From contig CAMVON010000006.1 of the NCBI GenBank assembly GCA_947169155.1, positions 987 to 64,986 on the forward strand: a stretch of DNA of 64,000 bases, in the 5' to 3' direction. Positions 48,590-58,147 of this stretch are shown here, piece after piece. Each line of letters opens with the position of its first letter. Position 1 is the stretch's first letter. A model generated the notes under the pieces. The model had not been told where the DNA came from. It searched no databases and saw only the letters and a list, made by a program, of their open reading frames with translations. The stretch comes from an uncultured Clostridiaceae bacterium. GTDB lineage: Bacteria; Bacillota; Clostridia; TANB77; CAG-465. Made by a program: the position numbers and the translations under genes.

Positions 48590-49906
48590 TTGAAGAAAGA
48601 CAATATTATTAAAATAGTAATTTCTATTGTAGTAATGCTTCTTCTAGGATATCTTGCTATATTTGGACTAAAATTTGGTGATAAGACTATAATTAAAAGT
48701 GCAAAAGAGGTTAAGACAGGACTAGATATTAGTGGCGGTATTACCATTACATATCAAGCTGAAGTAGAAGACGGACAAGAAATTACAGCGCAAGATTTAG
48801 AAAAATCTAAAGTAGTTATTCAAACAAGATTAGAAGCTATGAACATCTATGATTATATTATTAGAACTGATACTAACACAAATCAAATTAATGTGGAAAT
48901 ACCAACAAATACTAGTGATGAATCAGTAGATCCCCTAGCAGCCGTACAAGGCTTAGACAGAACAGCTGTTGTTCAATTTAGAGATGGTGAAGGAAATATA
49001 TTACTTGAAGGTGAAGATATTGTATCTGCTAAATATAGTGATGATCCAACATCTAGCACAGGACTTCCTGAACCACACGTTGTATTAAATTTTAGCACAG
49101 AAGGATCAACAAAATTTGCTCAAGCTACTGAAAAAATGGTTGGTCAAGCTATGCCTATATACTTAGATAATGAGGTTATATGTGCTCCTGTAGTTAATTC
49201 TAAAATACAAGATACATCAGCTATTATAACTGTTGGTGGTTCAACTAATGCAGAAAAGAAAGCTCTTGCTGAAGAATATGCAATGCTTATTGATTCTGGT
49301 AGTTTACCATTTAACTTAAAAGTAATTAACAAAGAATATATTGGACCATATGTTGGACAATCTGCTTTAGCATTAAGTGTTAGAGCTGGAATTGTAGCAT
49401 TTGTTTTAATATGTGTGATTATGATTGCTATATATAGATTACCTGGTGTTGTTGCATCATGTGCATTAGTAGATTATGTTGCAATACTATTATTAATACT
49501 TGCAAATACAGGAGTTTCATTAACACTTTCTGGTATTGCTGGTTTAATTCTATCTGTAGGTATGGCAGTAGATGCAAATGTTATTATATTTGAAAGATTA
49601 AAAGAAGAACTTGGTCAAAAAGTATCATACAAAAAAGCATTTGAAAAAGCATTTAAGAATGCAACTAGCACAATTGTTGATGGTAACGTTACTACAATAA
49701 TTGTTGCACTTGTATTATATATTTTAGGTTCTGGTATGGTAAAAGGATTTGGACTAGTACTTGCACTTGGTGTTGTACTAAGTTTATTCTCTGCACTTGT
49801 TATTACAAGATTTATGCTTAAACAAGTAATGCCATGCGCAAATAAGAGTACCTTCTTATTTGGAGTTAAAAGAGAAAAGGAGGTAGTAAATAATGAAGAC
49901 AATTAA
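48590..49906 (+). CDS. secD: Protein translocase subunit SecD (TTG start)
   Basis: N-terminal TM, a periplasmic domain and a C-terminal 5-TM SecD/F core. RBS aggaggg sits 6 nt before the TTG at 48590. Confidence 0.88.
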   Translation: MKKDNIIKIVISIVVMLLLGYLAIFGLKFGDKTIIKSAKEVKTGLDISGGITITYQAEVEDGQEITAQDLEKSKVVIQTRLEAMNIYDYIIRTDTNTNQINVEIPTNTSDESVDPLAAVQGLDRTAVVQFRDGEGNILLEGEDIVSAKYSDDPTSSTGLPEPHVVLNFSTEGSTKFAQATEKMVGQAMPIYLDNEVICAPVVNSKIQDTSAIITVGGSTNAEKKALAEEYAMLIDSGSLPFNLKVINKEYIGPYVGQSALALSVRAGIVAFVLICVIMIAIYRLPGVVASCALVDYVAILLLILANTGVSLTLSGIAGLILSVGMAVDANVIIFERLKEELGQKVSYKKAFEKAFKNATSTIVDGNVTTIIVALVLYILGSGMVKGFGLVLALGVVLSLFSALVITRFMLKQVMPCANKSTFLFGVKREKEVVNNEDN

Positions 49907-50801
49907 TTTTCTTAAACATAAAAATATTATTTTAGCTATCTCTATTATAGTAGTTCTTGCAGGACTTATTTATGGTGTTGTTACAGATTATGTTTTTGAT
50001 ATAGACTTTAAAGGCGGTACAAGAATTAAAGTAGACTTTAATGAAGAATATCAAGAAGCAGATATTAAAAATATTGTTTCAACTGTAACTAATCAAGTAC
50101 CAGAATTACAAACAAGTAGTTCAGGAAATAATGCTTTAACTATTACTACTCAAACACTTAGTGAAGATGAATCTAATGCTTTAATTGACGCATTAAGAGA
50201 AAAATATACAAATATGGGTGAACCAACAATTAGAAATGTACAAGCATCTTATGGTAAAGAACTACTAAATACAGCTATTATTGCTGGTATTGTTTCTATT
50301 GTATTATTACTTGTATATGTAGCAGTAAGATTTAGAACTCTTGGATATGCAGCTGCATTTTCTGCAATACTTGGACTTATCTTTGATGTTTCATTCTTAT
50401 TTGCAATTTATGGAATTTTCAAATTTTCAATTAACTCAACTTTTGTTGCAGTACTTTTAACAATTGTTGGATACTCTATTAATGATACAATTATTGTTTA
50501 TGATAGAATTAGAGAAAATAGAAGATTAGTAACTAAATCTGAAGATCCTAAAGATGTAATTAACCAAAGTATTACACAAACTATGAAGAGAACAATTATT
50601 ACTTCACTTACTACATTAGTTGCAATTGGAGTTGTATTAGTATTTGCTCTTGTAAAAGACCAAGAAACATTAAAACAATTCTCAATTCCACTTTCAATTG
50701 GTATTGCTGAAGGAACATTCTCATCAATCTTTATAGCTACAAGTATTTGGTATTCTTTAGACAGATTTATTAACAAAAATAAAAAAGCTAAAAACAAATA
50801 G
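49893..50801 (+). CDS. secF: Protein translocase subunit SecF
   Basis: The SecF core (VYDRIRENRR... with 6 TM) overlaps the end of secD. Confidence 0.9.
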   Translation: MKTINFLKHKNIILAISIIVVLAGLIYGVVTDYVFDIDFKGGTRIKVDFNEEYQEADIKNIVSTVTNQVPELQTSSSGNNALTITTQTLSEDESNALIDALREKYTNMGEPTIRNVQASYGKELLNTAIIAGIVSIVLLLVYVAVRFRTLGYAAAFSAILGLIFDVSFLFAIYGIFKFSINSTFVAVLLTIVGYSINDTIIVYDRIRENRRLVTKSEDPKDVINQSITQTMKRTIITSLTTLVAIGVVLVFALVKDQETLKQFSIPLSIGIAEGTFSSIFIATSIWYSLDRFINKNKKAKNK

Positions 50802-50812
50802 TATAAAATTAA

Positions 50813-50841
50813 AAGCTCACTTTTTAGTGAGCTTTATTTTT
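50813..50841 (+). terminator. Rho-independent terminator after secF (aagctcac-ttttta-gtgagctt + T-run)
   Basis: An 8-bp perfect stem. Confidence 0.8.
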
Positions 50842-50849
50842 TTGTTTTA

Positions 50850-51206
50850 TTGTACATTTTATCTCTTTATGATATATTAAAAATAGTGATTGATATGAAA
50901 GAAGAACGTTTAGAAAAGAAAATAAAAAAAGTAACTTTAAACAAAGAGTATACTAAAGCTAGAATAATACTTGAAAATGAGTATATTAAAATGTTTAAAA
51001 AAATGCTTAAATACAAAAAGGTTAAAATGGGTAATACTATGTATTTTCATGATTACTTAAAGATGATTTCTAAATATTATTCTTCATATTACAAAAATGA
51101 AATTAATGATTTAGAAAAAATAATGTATTCAGAAAAGTATTCAGACAAGCAACAAATATCTTGGCTTTTAGAAAATTGTAATATTTTTGATGATTATAAA
51201 TTGTAG
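50850..51206 (+). CDS. Hypothetical lysine/tyrosine-rich small protein
   Basis: ORF only; the start may be at 50895 (MKEERLEKK). Confidence 0.3.
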   Translation: MYILSLYDILKIVIDMKEERLEKKIKKVTLNKEYTKARIILENEYIKMFKKMLKYKKVKMGNTMYFHDYLKMISKYYSSYYKNEINDLEKIMYSEKYSDKQQISWLLENCNIFDDYKL

Positions 51207-51217
51207 GAGGAAAGCGT

Positions 51218-51823
51218 ATGAATATTTTATCTTTAGTTTTTAGTATAACAGCATTTGTGTGTGCATTTGTTCCAATATATGGAATACCATTTGCAGTAGT
51301 GTTATCTATAATTTCTGTTATAATAGCGTATATAAAAACAAATAATAATAAAAATAAAGAAGGAGAAATTATAGCAGTAGTTCTATCGATTTTTGCAATT
51401 GTTGTTTGTGTAATTGTTAATGCTATATATATTCCAAAACATATGAATAATAGTGCTGAAGGTGTTGATGTATATAAAGATATGGTTGAATATCCATTAA
51501 CTGTAGATGAAATTTATACTGCAGAGTTTAAAATTCATATAGATAATATTATTTATGATGATACTAAAACAAATGTTACTTTAAAGCTAGAATCAATTAA
51601 AGATGAGAGTTGGTATTCAATTTATGATTTTTCATTATATGGTGGAAATTCAAATAATTTTACTACAGTTGAACTAATTGATCCAACTGTAAAAATTAGC
51701 CAAAGGTTAGATGCAGGAGATAGTGTTACTATTAATTTAACTTTTAATAGAGGACTATATGAAGATAATGATAATTTTCTTGTTTTCAAGAACAGTGAAA
51801 ATGGTGTGAAAATTAGACTTTAG
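51218..51823 (+). CDS. Membrane protein with C-terminal DUF4352-like beta-sandwich domain
   Basis: Two N-terminal TM helices; RBS ggaggaaagcgtATG. Confidence 0.5.
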   Translation: MNILSLVFSITAFVCAFVPIYGIPFAVVLSIISVIIAYIKTNNNKNKEGEIIAVVLSIFAIVVCVIVNAIYIPKHMNNSAEGVDVYKDMVEYPLTVDEIYTAEFKIHIDNIIYDDTKTNVTLKLESIKDESWYSIYDFSLYGGNSNNFTTVELIDPTVKISQRLDAGDSVTINLTFNRGLYEDNDNFLVFKNSENGVKIRL

Positions 51824-51824
51824 T

Positions 51825-51846
51825 GGGCATGTATATGCCCTTTTTT
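51825..51846 (+). terminator. Rho-independent terminator (gggcat-gtat-atgccc + T6)
   Basis: Read directly. Confidence 0.8.
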
Positions 51847-51912
51847 ATTGACAAAGAAATTAAAATAGTGTACGATATATTTGTATAAAAACATAAAGAA
51901 AAGAGGGTATTT

Positions 51913-53502
51913 ATGGAAAAGAAAACTGGCAAAAATAAAGAAAATGTTATAGGTAAAATATTAAGAAGACCTATAGTTAGAATAGCTTTATTATTAGTAA
52001 TTATAATTATTGGAATTATAATAATTGCAAATAATGCTGGTTCTAAAAAAGCTACTTCTAAGTTAGTAGGATATCAAAGATTAATTAATGTTACAGATGA
52101 TACTTATACATTTTTAGATTTAAATGGAAAAGTTAGAAAGTATTCTGGATTTAATTCAATGAATGATTTTTATTATGATGTAACTTGTGCATCAAGAATA
52201 AATGAGAAAACTGGCGTTTCTGAAGTGGCTGTTATAGATAAAAATAAAAAACAAGTAATTAAATTTGGAGAATATGAAAATATTATTCAAGTTGTAGGTG
52301 GAAAATATTACAAAGTTCAAAAAGATGGAAAATATGGAGTTGTAACTAATTCTGGAAAAATTATAATTCAACCAGAATATGATTATATTTCTATGACTAC
52401 TGTTCAAGAAGCAAGTGAAATTGTTTTTGAATGTCAAAAAGATGGAGTATATACATTTGTTAATGAACAAGGTAAAGCTTTCTTTGAAACTTCTGTAGCA
52501 CTACATAGTATTTCATATGCAAACAAATTTAATTCAGATTATGATACAATAGTTTATATCTCTGTAGATGGGCAAAAAAATTATTTTGATCTAGTTACAG
52601 GTGAAAGACTATTTGAAGGAATTGAAAATGTAGATATTTCATATAACATTTTGAAAACAGATGATAAAATTACTTTCTATGATAAAAAAGCAAAAGTTAA
52701 AACAGAAATAGATACTTCAGGAGATTATACAGTAGATAGCAGAGTATATTTTAGAAAATATGTTGTTATTGAACAAAGAAATACAAGCTCTGGTACTAGA
52801 GAGAATACTTATACAGTATATGATAGTGACTTTAAAAAAGTAGTTGAATCAAGCAATAGAATTAATCCAGTACAAGATGTAAATGGAGATGTATATTTCA
52901 TAATTAACGAATCAGATTGTGTTAGAATAGTTAATGAAAATAAAAAAGAAGTTAAAGTTCAAGGATATGAGTTTAATGGAAATGAAATTAGTAATCTTCA
53001 ATACTTAGTATTAAATCCAAGCAATAATTTCTCTAAACATGAAGTTTATGATTTCAAAGGAAAGAAAATTGCTGAAGATGTAACAGAATATTCTCAAAGA
53101 GGTTTTGGATTAATTATTTCTAGATATATTAATGATACTTTAACTAGAACTTTATTGCTTGGTAAAAATGTATCAATTGATTTAGTTCCAGAAGATGGAA
53201 TTATTCCAACTAATGACTATATTATTATTGAAAATGCTAATGCAAATTATATTAGCGTAGTAAATAAAGATGGAAAAGTTGTTATAGATAAAGCATCAGG
53301 CTCTAGACTTTTTGATAATAACAAATATATTGCTGTACAAGATGGAGAAAATGTAAATCTATATGATATGGCAACAGGTAAACAAACACTTACTTATGCA
53401 CAAACAGACTATGTAAATAAAGATGATACAGTAAGTATGGTAGAACTAAAGACTGGTTATTATACTTTTGGTGGTAAATTAGTTCTTGAAAAAGTACAAT
53501 AA
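51913..53502 (+). CDS. Membrane-anchored WG-repeat (KWG) containing protein
   Basis: N-terminal TM and a repeated motif of the form ...GKYYKVQKDGKYGVVTNSGKIIIQPEYDYI... (WG_beta_rep-like). Confidence 0.55.
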   Translation: MEKKTGKNKENVIGKILRRPIVRIALLLVIIIIGIIIIANNAGSKKATSKLVGYQRLINVTDDTYTFLDLNGKVRKYSGFNSMNDFYYDVTCASRINEKTGVSEVAVIDKNKKQVIKFGEYENIIQVVGGKYYKVQKDGKYGVVTNSGKIIIQPEYDYISMTTVQEASEIVFECQKDGVYTFVNEQGKAFFETSVALHSISYANKFNSDYDTIVYISVDGQKNYFDLVTGERLFEGIENVDISYNILKTDDKITFYDKKAKVKTEIDTSGDYTVDSRVYFRKYVVIEQRNTSSGTRENTYTVYDSDFKKVVESSNRINPVQDVNGDVYFIINESDCVRIVNENKKEVKVQGYEFNGNEISNLQYLVLNPSNNFSKHEVYDFKGKKIAEDVTEYSQRGFGLIISRYINDTLTRTLLLGKNVSIDLVPEDGIIPTNDYIIIENANANYISVVNKDGKVVIDKASGSRLFDNNKYIAVQDGENVNLYDMATGKQTLTYAQTDYVNKDDTVSMVELKTGYYTFGGKLVLEKVQ

Positions 53503-53512
53503 TATAAAAACG

Positions 53513-53542
53513 GCAGAGTAGAAAAATCTACTCTGTTTTTTT
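53513..53542 (+). terminator. Rho-independent terminator (cagagtaga-aaaat-tctactctg + T7)
   Basis: A 9-bp perfect stem. Confidence 0.85.
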
Positions 53543-53584
53543 GCATAAAAATTAATATTATTAATATATTTGTTATAGATACTT

Positions 53585-53908
53585 ATGGACAAGAAAAAGA
53601 ATAAAAAAATATTTAATAGAATTAATTTTAAAAAAAGTATGAATAATGCTAAAGAAAATTTTATAGATATATTAAACTTACCTAAGGAACTTAGTGGAAA
53701 TTATTCTAAAATTACAATGATTGAGAATAATGAGCTTTTAATAGAAGGAGAGACTAGCGTAGTAGATTATTATGATAACTATATAAAAATTAAATGTAGT
53801 AACATTTTTATGCAAATAGATGGGTATAAATTAAAAATTGAAGAACTATCTAATATCGAATTATTGGTTTCAGGTAGTATAGTAAATATTAGTTTTCAAA
53901 ATAGGTAG
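53585..53908 (+). CDS. yqfC: Sporulation protein YqfC (YabP/YqfC family)
   Basis: A small protein directly upstream of yqfD; ...ITMIENNELLIEGETSVVDYYDNYIKIK is the YabP-type beta pattern. Confidence 0.7.
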   Translation: MDKKKNKKIFNRINFKKSMNNAKENFIDILNLPKELSGNYSKITMIENNELLIEGETSVVDYYDNYIKIKCSNIFMQIDGYKLKIEELSNIELLVSGSIVNISFQNR

Positions 53909-53913
53909 GTATT

Positions 53914-55089
53914 ATGAAATTAAATGATGAAATAAAAAACATATATGGAATTGTTGAAGTAGAGGTAGAAGGCTTTTTTACAGAAAGGTATATTAATCTG
54001 TGTAGGATTAACAATGTAAGTGTATGGGACATAGTTACCAAAAGTAATGGTATAATTATTTTTAAAATGTTTGCTAAAGATTTTAAAAAACTTAGAGCAA
54101 TTAATAGAAAGACAAAATGTAAGTCTAAAATTTTAAAGAAAAAAGGAGTTTATTTTAATTATTTTAGATATAGAAAAAGAAGATTTGTTATAATTTTAGT
54201 CGCACTATTTTTAGTTATTAGCATAATTTCAACTAAATTTATATGGAAAATTAATGTAACAGGAAATAGTAAAATAAGTGATGAACAAGTTATAGATGTA
54301 TTAAGAAATTATGGTGTTCATATTGGTAAATGTGTTTTGGGAATCAATACTAGAGATATTGTTAAAAACTTAAGAGCCAGTCTTGAAGATGCAACCTGGA
54401 TAGGAGTTGATATTGATGGTGTAACTCTAGATGTGGAAATTGTGGAAAAAACTACAGCACAAATGGAAGCAAAATATCAAAATGGAGATATTTTAACTAG
54501 TAAAGCTGGTACTATTTCAAAAATAGTAGCAGAAAATGGTACTCCTATTAGTAATGTTGGAGATTATATAGAAAAAGATAGAATTGTAATAGAGGGAAAA
54601 ATATATACTAGAACAAATGAAATTCTTGATGTTGAAGCAAAAGGTAGTGTTTTTGTTGAAAACGAGTATGTGTTTAGTAATACATATTCATATAAGCAGT
54701 TTAATAAAAAGTACACTGGAAAAGAAAAGTATAGCATAGGTGTCGACATAAATAATAAAGAAAAATACATAAATTATTTGGATAAATCTTTAAAGTATGA
54801 TATAATTAAAAATAGCAGTGATATTAAACTTTTTGGTAATACTATTTCTTTTTGCTCATATAAATTTTTAATTTATGAGCTGGAAGAGTATTATTTATCT
54901 AAAGAAGAAATAATGGATATGGCCAAAAGTGATGCTAAAAACTTTTTATATAATGATATTTTACCTAATTGTAAAGATGCTGAAGTCCTTACTGAGGATA
55001 TTGAAGTAACTTACGAGGATGAAGAAAAAATATCACTAAATGTGATTTATAAAATAAATGAAGAAGTTGGATATTTTAAAGGAAGGTAA
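53914..55089 (+). CDS. yqfD: Sporulation protein YqfD (stage IV sporulation)
   Basis: N-terminus IYGIVEVEVEGFFTERYINLC, a central TM and about 390 aa; conserved yqfC-yqfD-ybeY context. Confidence 0.75.
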   Translation: MKLNDEIKNIYGIVEVEVEGFFTERYINLCRINNVSVWDIVTKSNGIIIFKMFAKDFKKLRAINRKTKCKSKILKKKGVYFNYFRYRKRRFVIILVALFLVISIISTKFIWKINVTGNSKISDEQVIDVLRNYGVHIGKCVLGINTRDIVKNLRASLEDATWIGVDIDGVTLDVEIVEKTTAQMEAKYQNGDILTSKAGTISKIVAENGTPISNVGDYIEKDRIVIEGKIYTRTNEILDVEAKGSVFVENEYVFSNTYSYKQFNKKYTGKEKYSIGVDINNKEKYINYLDKSLKYDIIKNSSDIKLFGNTISFCSYKFLIYELEEYYLSKEEIMDMAKSDAKNFLYNDILPNCKDAEVLTEDIEVTYEDEEKISLNVIYKINEEVGYFKGR

Positions 55090-55096
55090 TAAACTA

Positions 55097-55618
55097 ATGA
55101 ATAATATATCAATAGATTTAGACAATGAACTTGTAAAGTATATCAAAGAAAAATGTGATAGAGATATAACTCAAGATATAGAGACAATAATTAATATAGC
55201 TTTAGAAGAAAAAAATATTAAAGATCAAAATGTTTCTATTTCTATTAGTGCAGTAGGAAAAGATGAAATTCATCAAATCAATAAAGAGTATAGAAATGTA
55301 GATAGACCAACAGATGTCTTATCTTTTCCAATTTTTTCTAGAGATGAAATTAATGAATTTTCTTCTTTAGACGATAGCAAGAAAGTTAGAGAATTAGAAC
55401 TTGGAGATATAATAATGTGTATAGATGTCCTTCAAGAGCATGCCCAAGAGTATGGTACAGGAATTTTGAGAGAAATGCTTTATATGATTACTCATGGCGT
55501 TTGTCATTTACTTGGATATGACCATATGATTGAAGAAGAAAAGAAAGAAATGCGTGCTCTAGAAGAAAAAATATTAGAAAAAATAGGGGTAGGAAGAATC
55601 AATGGCGAAGGAAACTAA
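55097..55618 (+). CDS. ybeY: Endoribonuclease YbeY (rRNA maturation factor)
   Basis: HGVCHLLGYDH is the zinc-binding motif; the start is at 55097, MNNISIDLDNE. Confidence 0.9.
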   Translation: MNNISIDLDNELVKYIKEKCDRDITQDIETIINIALEEKNIKDQNVSISISAVGKDEIHQINKEYRNVDRPTDVLSFPIFSRDEINEFSSLDDSKKVRELELGDIIMCIDVLQEHAQEYGTGILREMLYMITHGVCHLLGYDHMIEEEKKEMRALEEKILEKIGVGRINGEGN

Positions 55619-56396
55619 AGAAAATATTGAAAATATTAATAGTGAAAAGACTGTTGAAGAAATTAAAAAAAATAAAAACTTTGTAACAGCTCTTCATCAT
55701 TCAATTGATGGTGTTATAAAAGCTTTTAAAACTGAAAGAAATTTACGTATAGACTATTTAATTGCGCTAGTTGTAATGATTGCTGGTGTGGTGTTGGGCC
55801 TAGATAAAACAGAATTTGTATGCTTGTGCTTAACAATAGGATTTGTTTTGTTTTCTGAAATGATGAACTCAGTTTCTGAATATATTGTAGATTTGATAAC
55901 AGACAAATATGATAATAGGGCAAAAGCTGCAAAAGATATTGCTGCAGGTGGGGTTTTGATATCATCTGGTATATCTGTTATAGTTGCATATTTCTTGTTT
56001 GCGGACAAGCTTCAAAATGCAACATCTACATTTTTATCTGCTGCTATTAGCTCAAGAGGTAATATTTTTATGACTATTCTTTTTGCTATAGTTGTAACTG
56101 TAGTTATACTTAAAGGGTGGTTTGGCAGAGGTGAAGAATATGCACATACTGGTCCAAGCTTAAATGTAGCACTTGCATTTGGTCTTACAACTTATGCTTC
56201 ATTAATAACTAGAAGTTTTTTAGTAGGTGCAGTTTGTGCAGTGTTAAGTTTAATGATATTTGTTCTTAAAGTTACTAATACTAAAGCTAGAAAAATTAAT
56301 ATGGTATTTAGTGCGGCACTTGGAATTCTTATTGTTTTATTTGTTTATCAATTGGTCTTATTTGGACCAGAAATATTTAAATTATTTAATTTTTAA
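55602..56396 (+). CDS. dgkA: Diacylglycerol/undecaprenol kinase (DgkA family) with an extra ~110-aa C-terminal multi-TM extension
   Basis: The DgkA core is ALHHSIDGVIKAFKTERNLRIDY...SEMMNSVSEYIVDLITDKYDNRAKAAKDIAAGGVL. The ORF is 264 aa against the usual ~120-130 aa. Confidence 0.75.
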   Translation: MAKETKENIENINSEKTVEEIKKNKNFVTALHHSIDGVIKAFKTERNLRIDYLIALVVMIAGVVLGLDKTEFVCLCLTIGFVLFSEMMNSVSEYIVDLITDKYDNRAKAAKDIAAGGVLISSGISVIVAYFLFADKLQNATSTFLSAAISSRGNIFMTILFAIVVTVVILKGWFGRGEEYAHTGPSLNVALAFGLTTYASLITRSFLVGAVCAVLSLMIFVLKVTNTKARKINMVFSAALGILIVLFVYQLVLFGPEIFKLFNF

Positions 56397-56408
56397 GGAG
56401 GATGTTAT

Positions 56409-56819
56409 ATGAATCAAAGTGAACTTTTAAGTATTGCTAAAAACGCTTCTAAAAATGCGTATGTCCCTATTAGTAACTATCAGGTTGGAGCTGCACTTTT
56501 GGCTAAAAGTGGAACTGTATATATTGGTGTTAATGTTGAAGATCCAGCAATACCAGCAATGAGTGTATGTGCTGAAAGAAATGCTATACAAAATGCCATA
56601 TCTCATGGAGATAAAGAATTTGTAGCAATTGCAGTAGTTGGAAAAATGAAAGATAACGACTATTTTGACGAAACTTTGACACCATGCGGAATGTGCAGAC
56701 AATACATGATAGATATGTGCAAGGATATTGATATAATATGCTATATCGAAGGTATTGAAAAAGTTTTAAAGCCAAGTGATTTACTAGCTTATACATATGA
56801 TTTTGATGATAAAAAATAA
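56409..56819 (+). CDS. cdd: Cytidine deaminase
   Basis: CAERNAIQNA...TPCGMCRQ are the zinc ligands of homotetrameric CDA. Confidence 0.9.
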   Translation: MNQSELLSIAKNASKNAYVPISNYQVGAALLAKSGTVYIGVNVEDPAIPAMSVCAERNAIQNAISHGDKEFVAIAVVGKMKDNDYFDETLTPCGMCRQYMIDMCKDIDIICYIEGIEKVLKPSDLLAYTYDFDDKK

Positions 56820-56858
56820 TTAAAATAATATAAATAATAGTTTGAGCATATAATTGTT

Positions 56859-57545
56859 ATGGGTGATAATATGAACCATAAACAATTACTTGCTCTTTTT
56901 TTATCTTTAGTAATAATTTTATCTCCAACTATTGTATCTATTGAAAATGAAAAGGTTGTTGATGTTAAAGCGGTAAATAACAATATAGATGAAATTACTA
57001 TAGAAAGTATTATTGAAAATAATGATGATGTAGATATTAATATTTATTATCCTGTAACTAAAAATTCAAAAGTTAATAATATGATTAAAGATAAAATTGA
57101 TTCATATATTACTAAACTAAAAGAAACAAATTCTTTTGACAGCACAAAAAAACTGAACATTTCTTTTGAAACTTTTAAAAGTGGAGAATATATTTCTTTA
57201 AAGTTCAATGTTTCATCAAGTGCTGGAATTACACACAAAACTGATGAAGTATTCACTTTTGTATATACTAATGATGAGATTGTAGATATTGATACTTTAA
57301 CTAAAAGTAATCCACAATTAATAGAAAATCTTTATTCTATCTGTAAAGAAGAATTGCTAAAAAATGAAAAATTCAAAAAATATTCAAATATAGAATGGCT
57401 AAATAGAGGATTACTAAAAAATAAAAATACTTTTTCAAAATTCATTTTTGATGGTGATAATATGATTGTAATATTTAACCCTTATGAAGTTGCTCCCTAT
57501 GTTGCTGGCATTTTTGAAATTAAAATTTCATGTAATTTAATATAA
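56859..57545 (+). CDS. Secreted/lipoprotein-like DUF4163/DUF3298 (RsiV/PdaC C-terminal domain-like) protein
   Basis: Signal peptide LLALFLSLVIILSPTIVS and the ...NIYYPVTKNSKVNNMIKDKIDSYI... pattern of DUF3298-family proteins. Confidence 0.5.
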   Translation: MGDNMNHKQLLALFLSLVIILSPTIVSIENEKVVDVKAVNNNIDEITIESIIENNDDVDINIYYPVTKNSKVNNMIKDKIDSYITKLKETNSFDSTKKLNISFETFKSGEYISLKFNVSSSAGITHKTDEVFTFVYTNDEIVDIDTLTKSNPQLIENLYSICKEELLKNEKFKKYSNIEWLNRGLLKNKNTFSKFIFDGDNMIVIFNPYEVAPYVAGIFEIKISCNLI

Positions 57546-57599
57546 TTAATATTGATATTTTATATAAATTATGGTATTGTATTATCAGGAGGGGATTTT

Positions 57600-58052
57600 A
57601 TGTATTCTTCATCATTATATAGTAATTCAAGCGCACTAACAAAAGCAGCATCAGGTGCAGCTACATTAGGAGTTTGGATGATTATTTCTATTATAGTAGC
57701 AATTGCTGGGGGAATTGCACTATACTTTACTTTCTTAAGTAAAAAGAACGAAGGAAAGTTCCATGGATTTTTAGGTTGGATGTATGATACATTAACTTTT
57801 AAAAACATGGCAGTTGAGATGTTATTAAAAATAACATACTTAATTGGAGCTATCTACATTACATTATTCTCTTTAGGACTAATTGCTGTTAATATTTTAG
57901 CATGCTTAGGATTATTAATATTTGGTAACCTAGCTCTAAGAGTAACATATGAATTAGTACTAATAAGCATAATTACATGTAGAAATACTACTGAAATTAA
58001 CAGAAAAATGAAAGTTTCAGAAACTAAAACTGAAGAAGGAAGACCTGAATAA
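57600..58052 (+). CDS. Hypothetical membrane protein (3-4 TM)
   Basis: The start is at 57600 after RBS aggagggg; the ORF-track start at 57552 is upstream. Confidence 0.45.
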   Translation: MYSSSLYSNSSALTKAASGAATLGVWMIISIIVAIAGGIALYFTFLSKKNEGKFHGFLGWMYDTLTFKNMAVEMLLKITYLIGAIYITLFSLGLIAVNILACLGLLIFGNLALRVTYELVLISIITCRNTTEINRKMKVSETKTEEGRPE

Positions 58053-58070
58053 AAAAACTATTTATATTTA

Positions 58071-58099
58071 AACTGCTATATTCCGTTATAGCAGTTTTT
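58071..58099 (+). terminator. Rho-independent terminator (actgctata-ttccgt-tatagcagt + T5)
   Basis: A 9-bp perfect stem. Confidence 0.8.
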
Positions 58100-58147
58100 T
58101 GTTATATTATTTAAATTCTATTAATACAATATAATGAGGTGGATTGT

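Noticed and set aside
53543-53584. Sigma-E type promoter upstream of yqfC/yqfD
   Set aside because: Only weak resemblance (aatatt ... atagatac) to the ATATT-N16-17-CATACA consensus. Not supportable from sequence alone.
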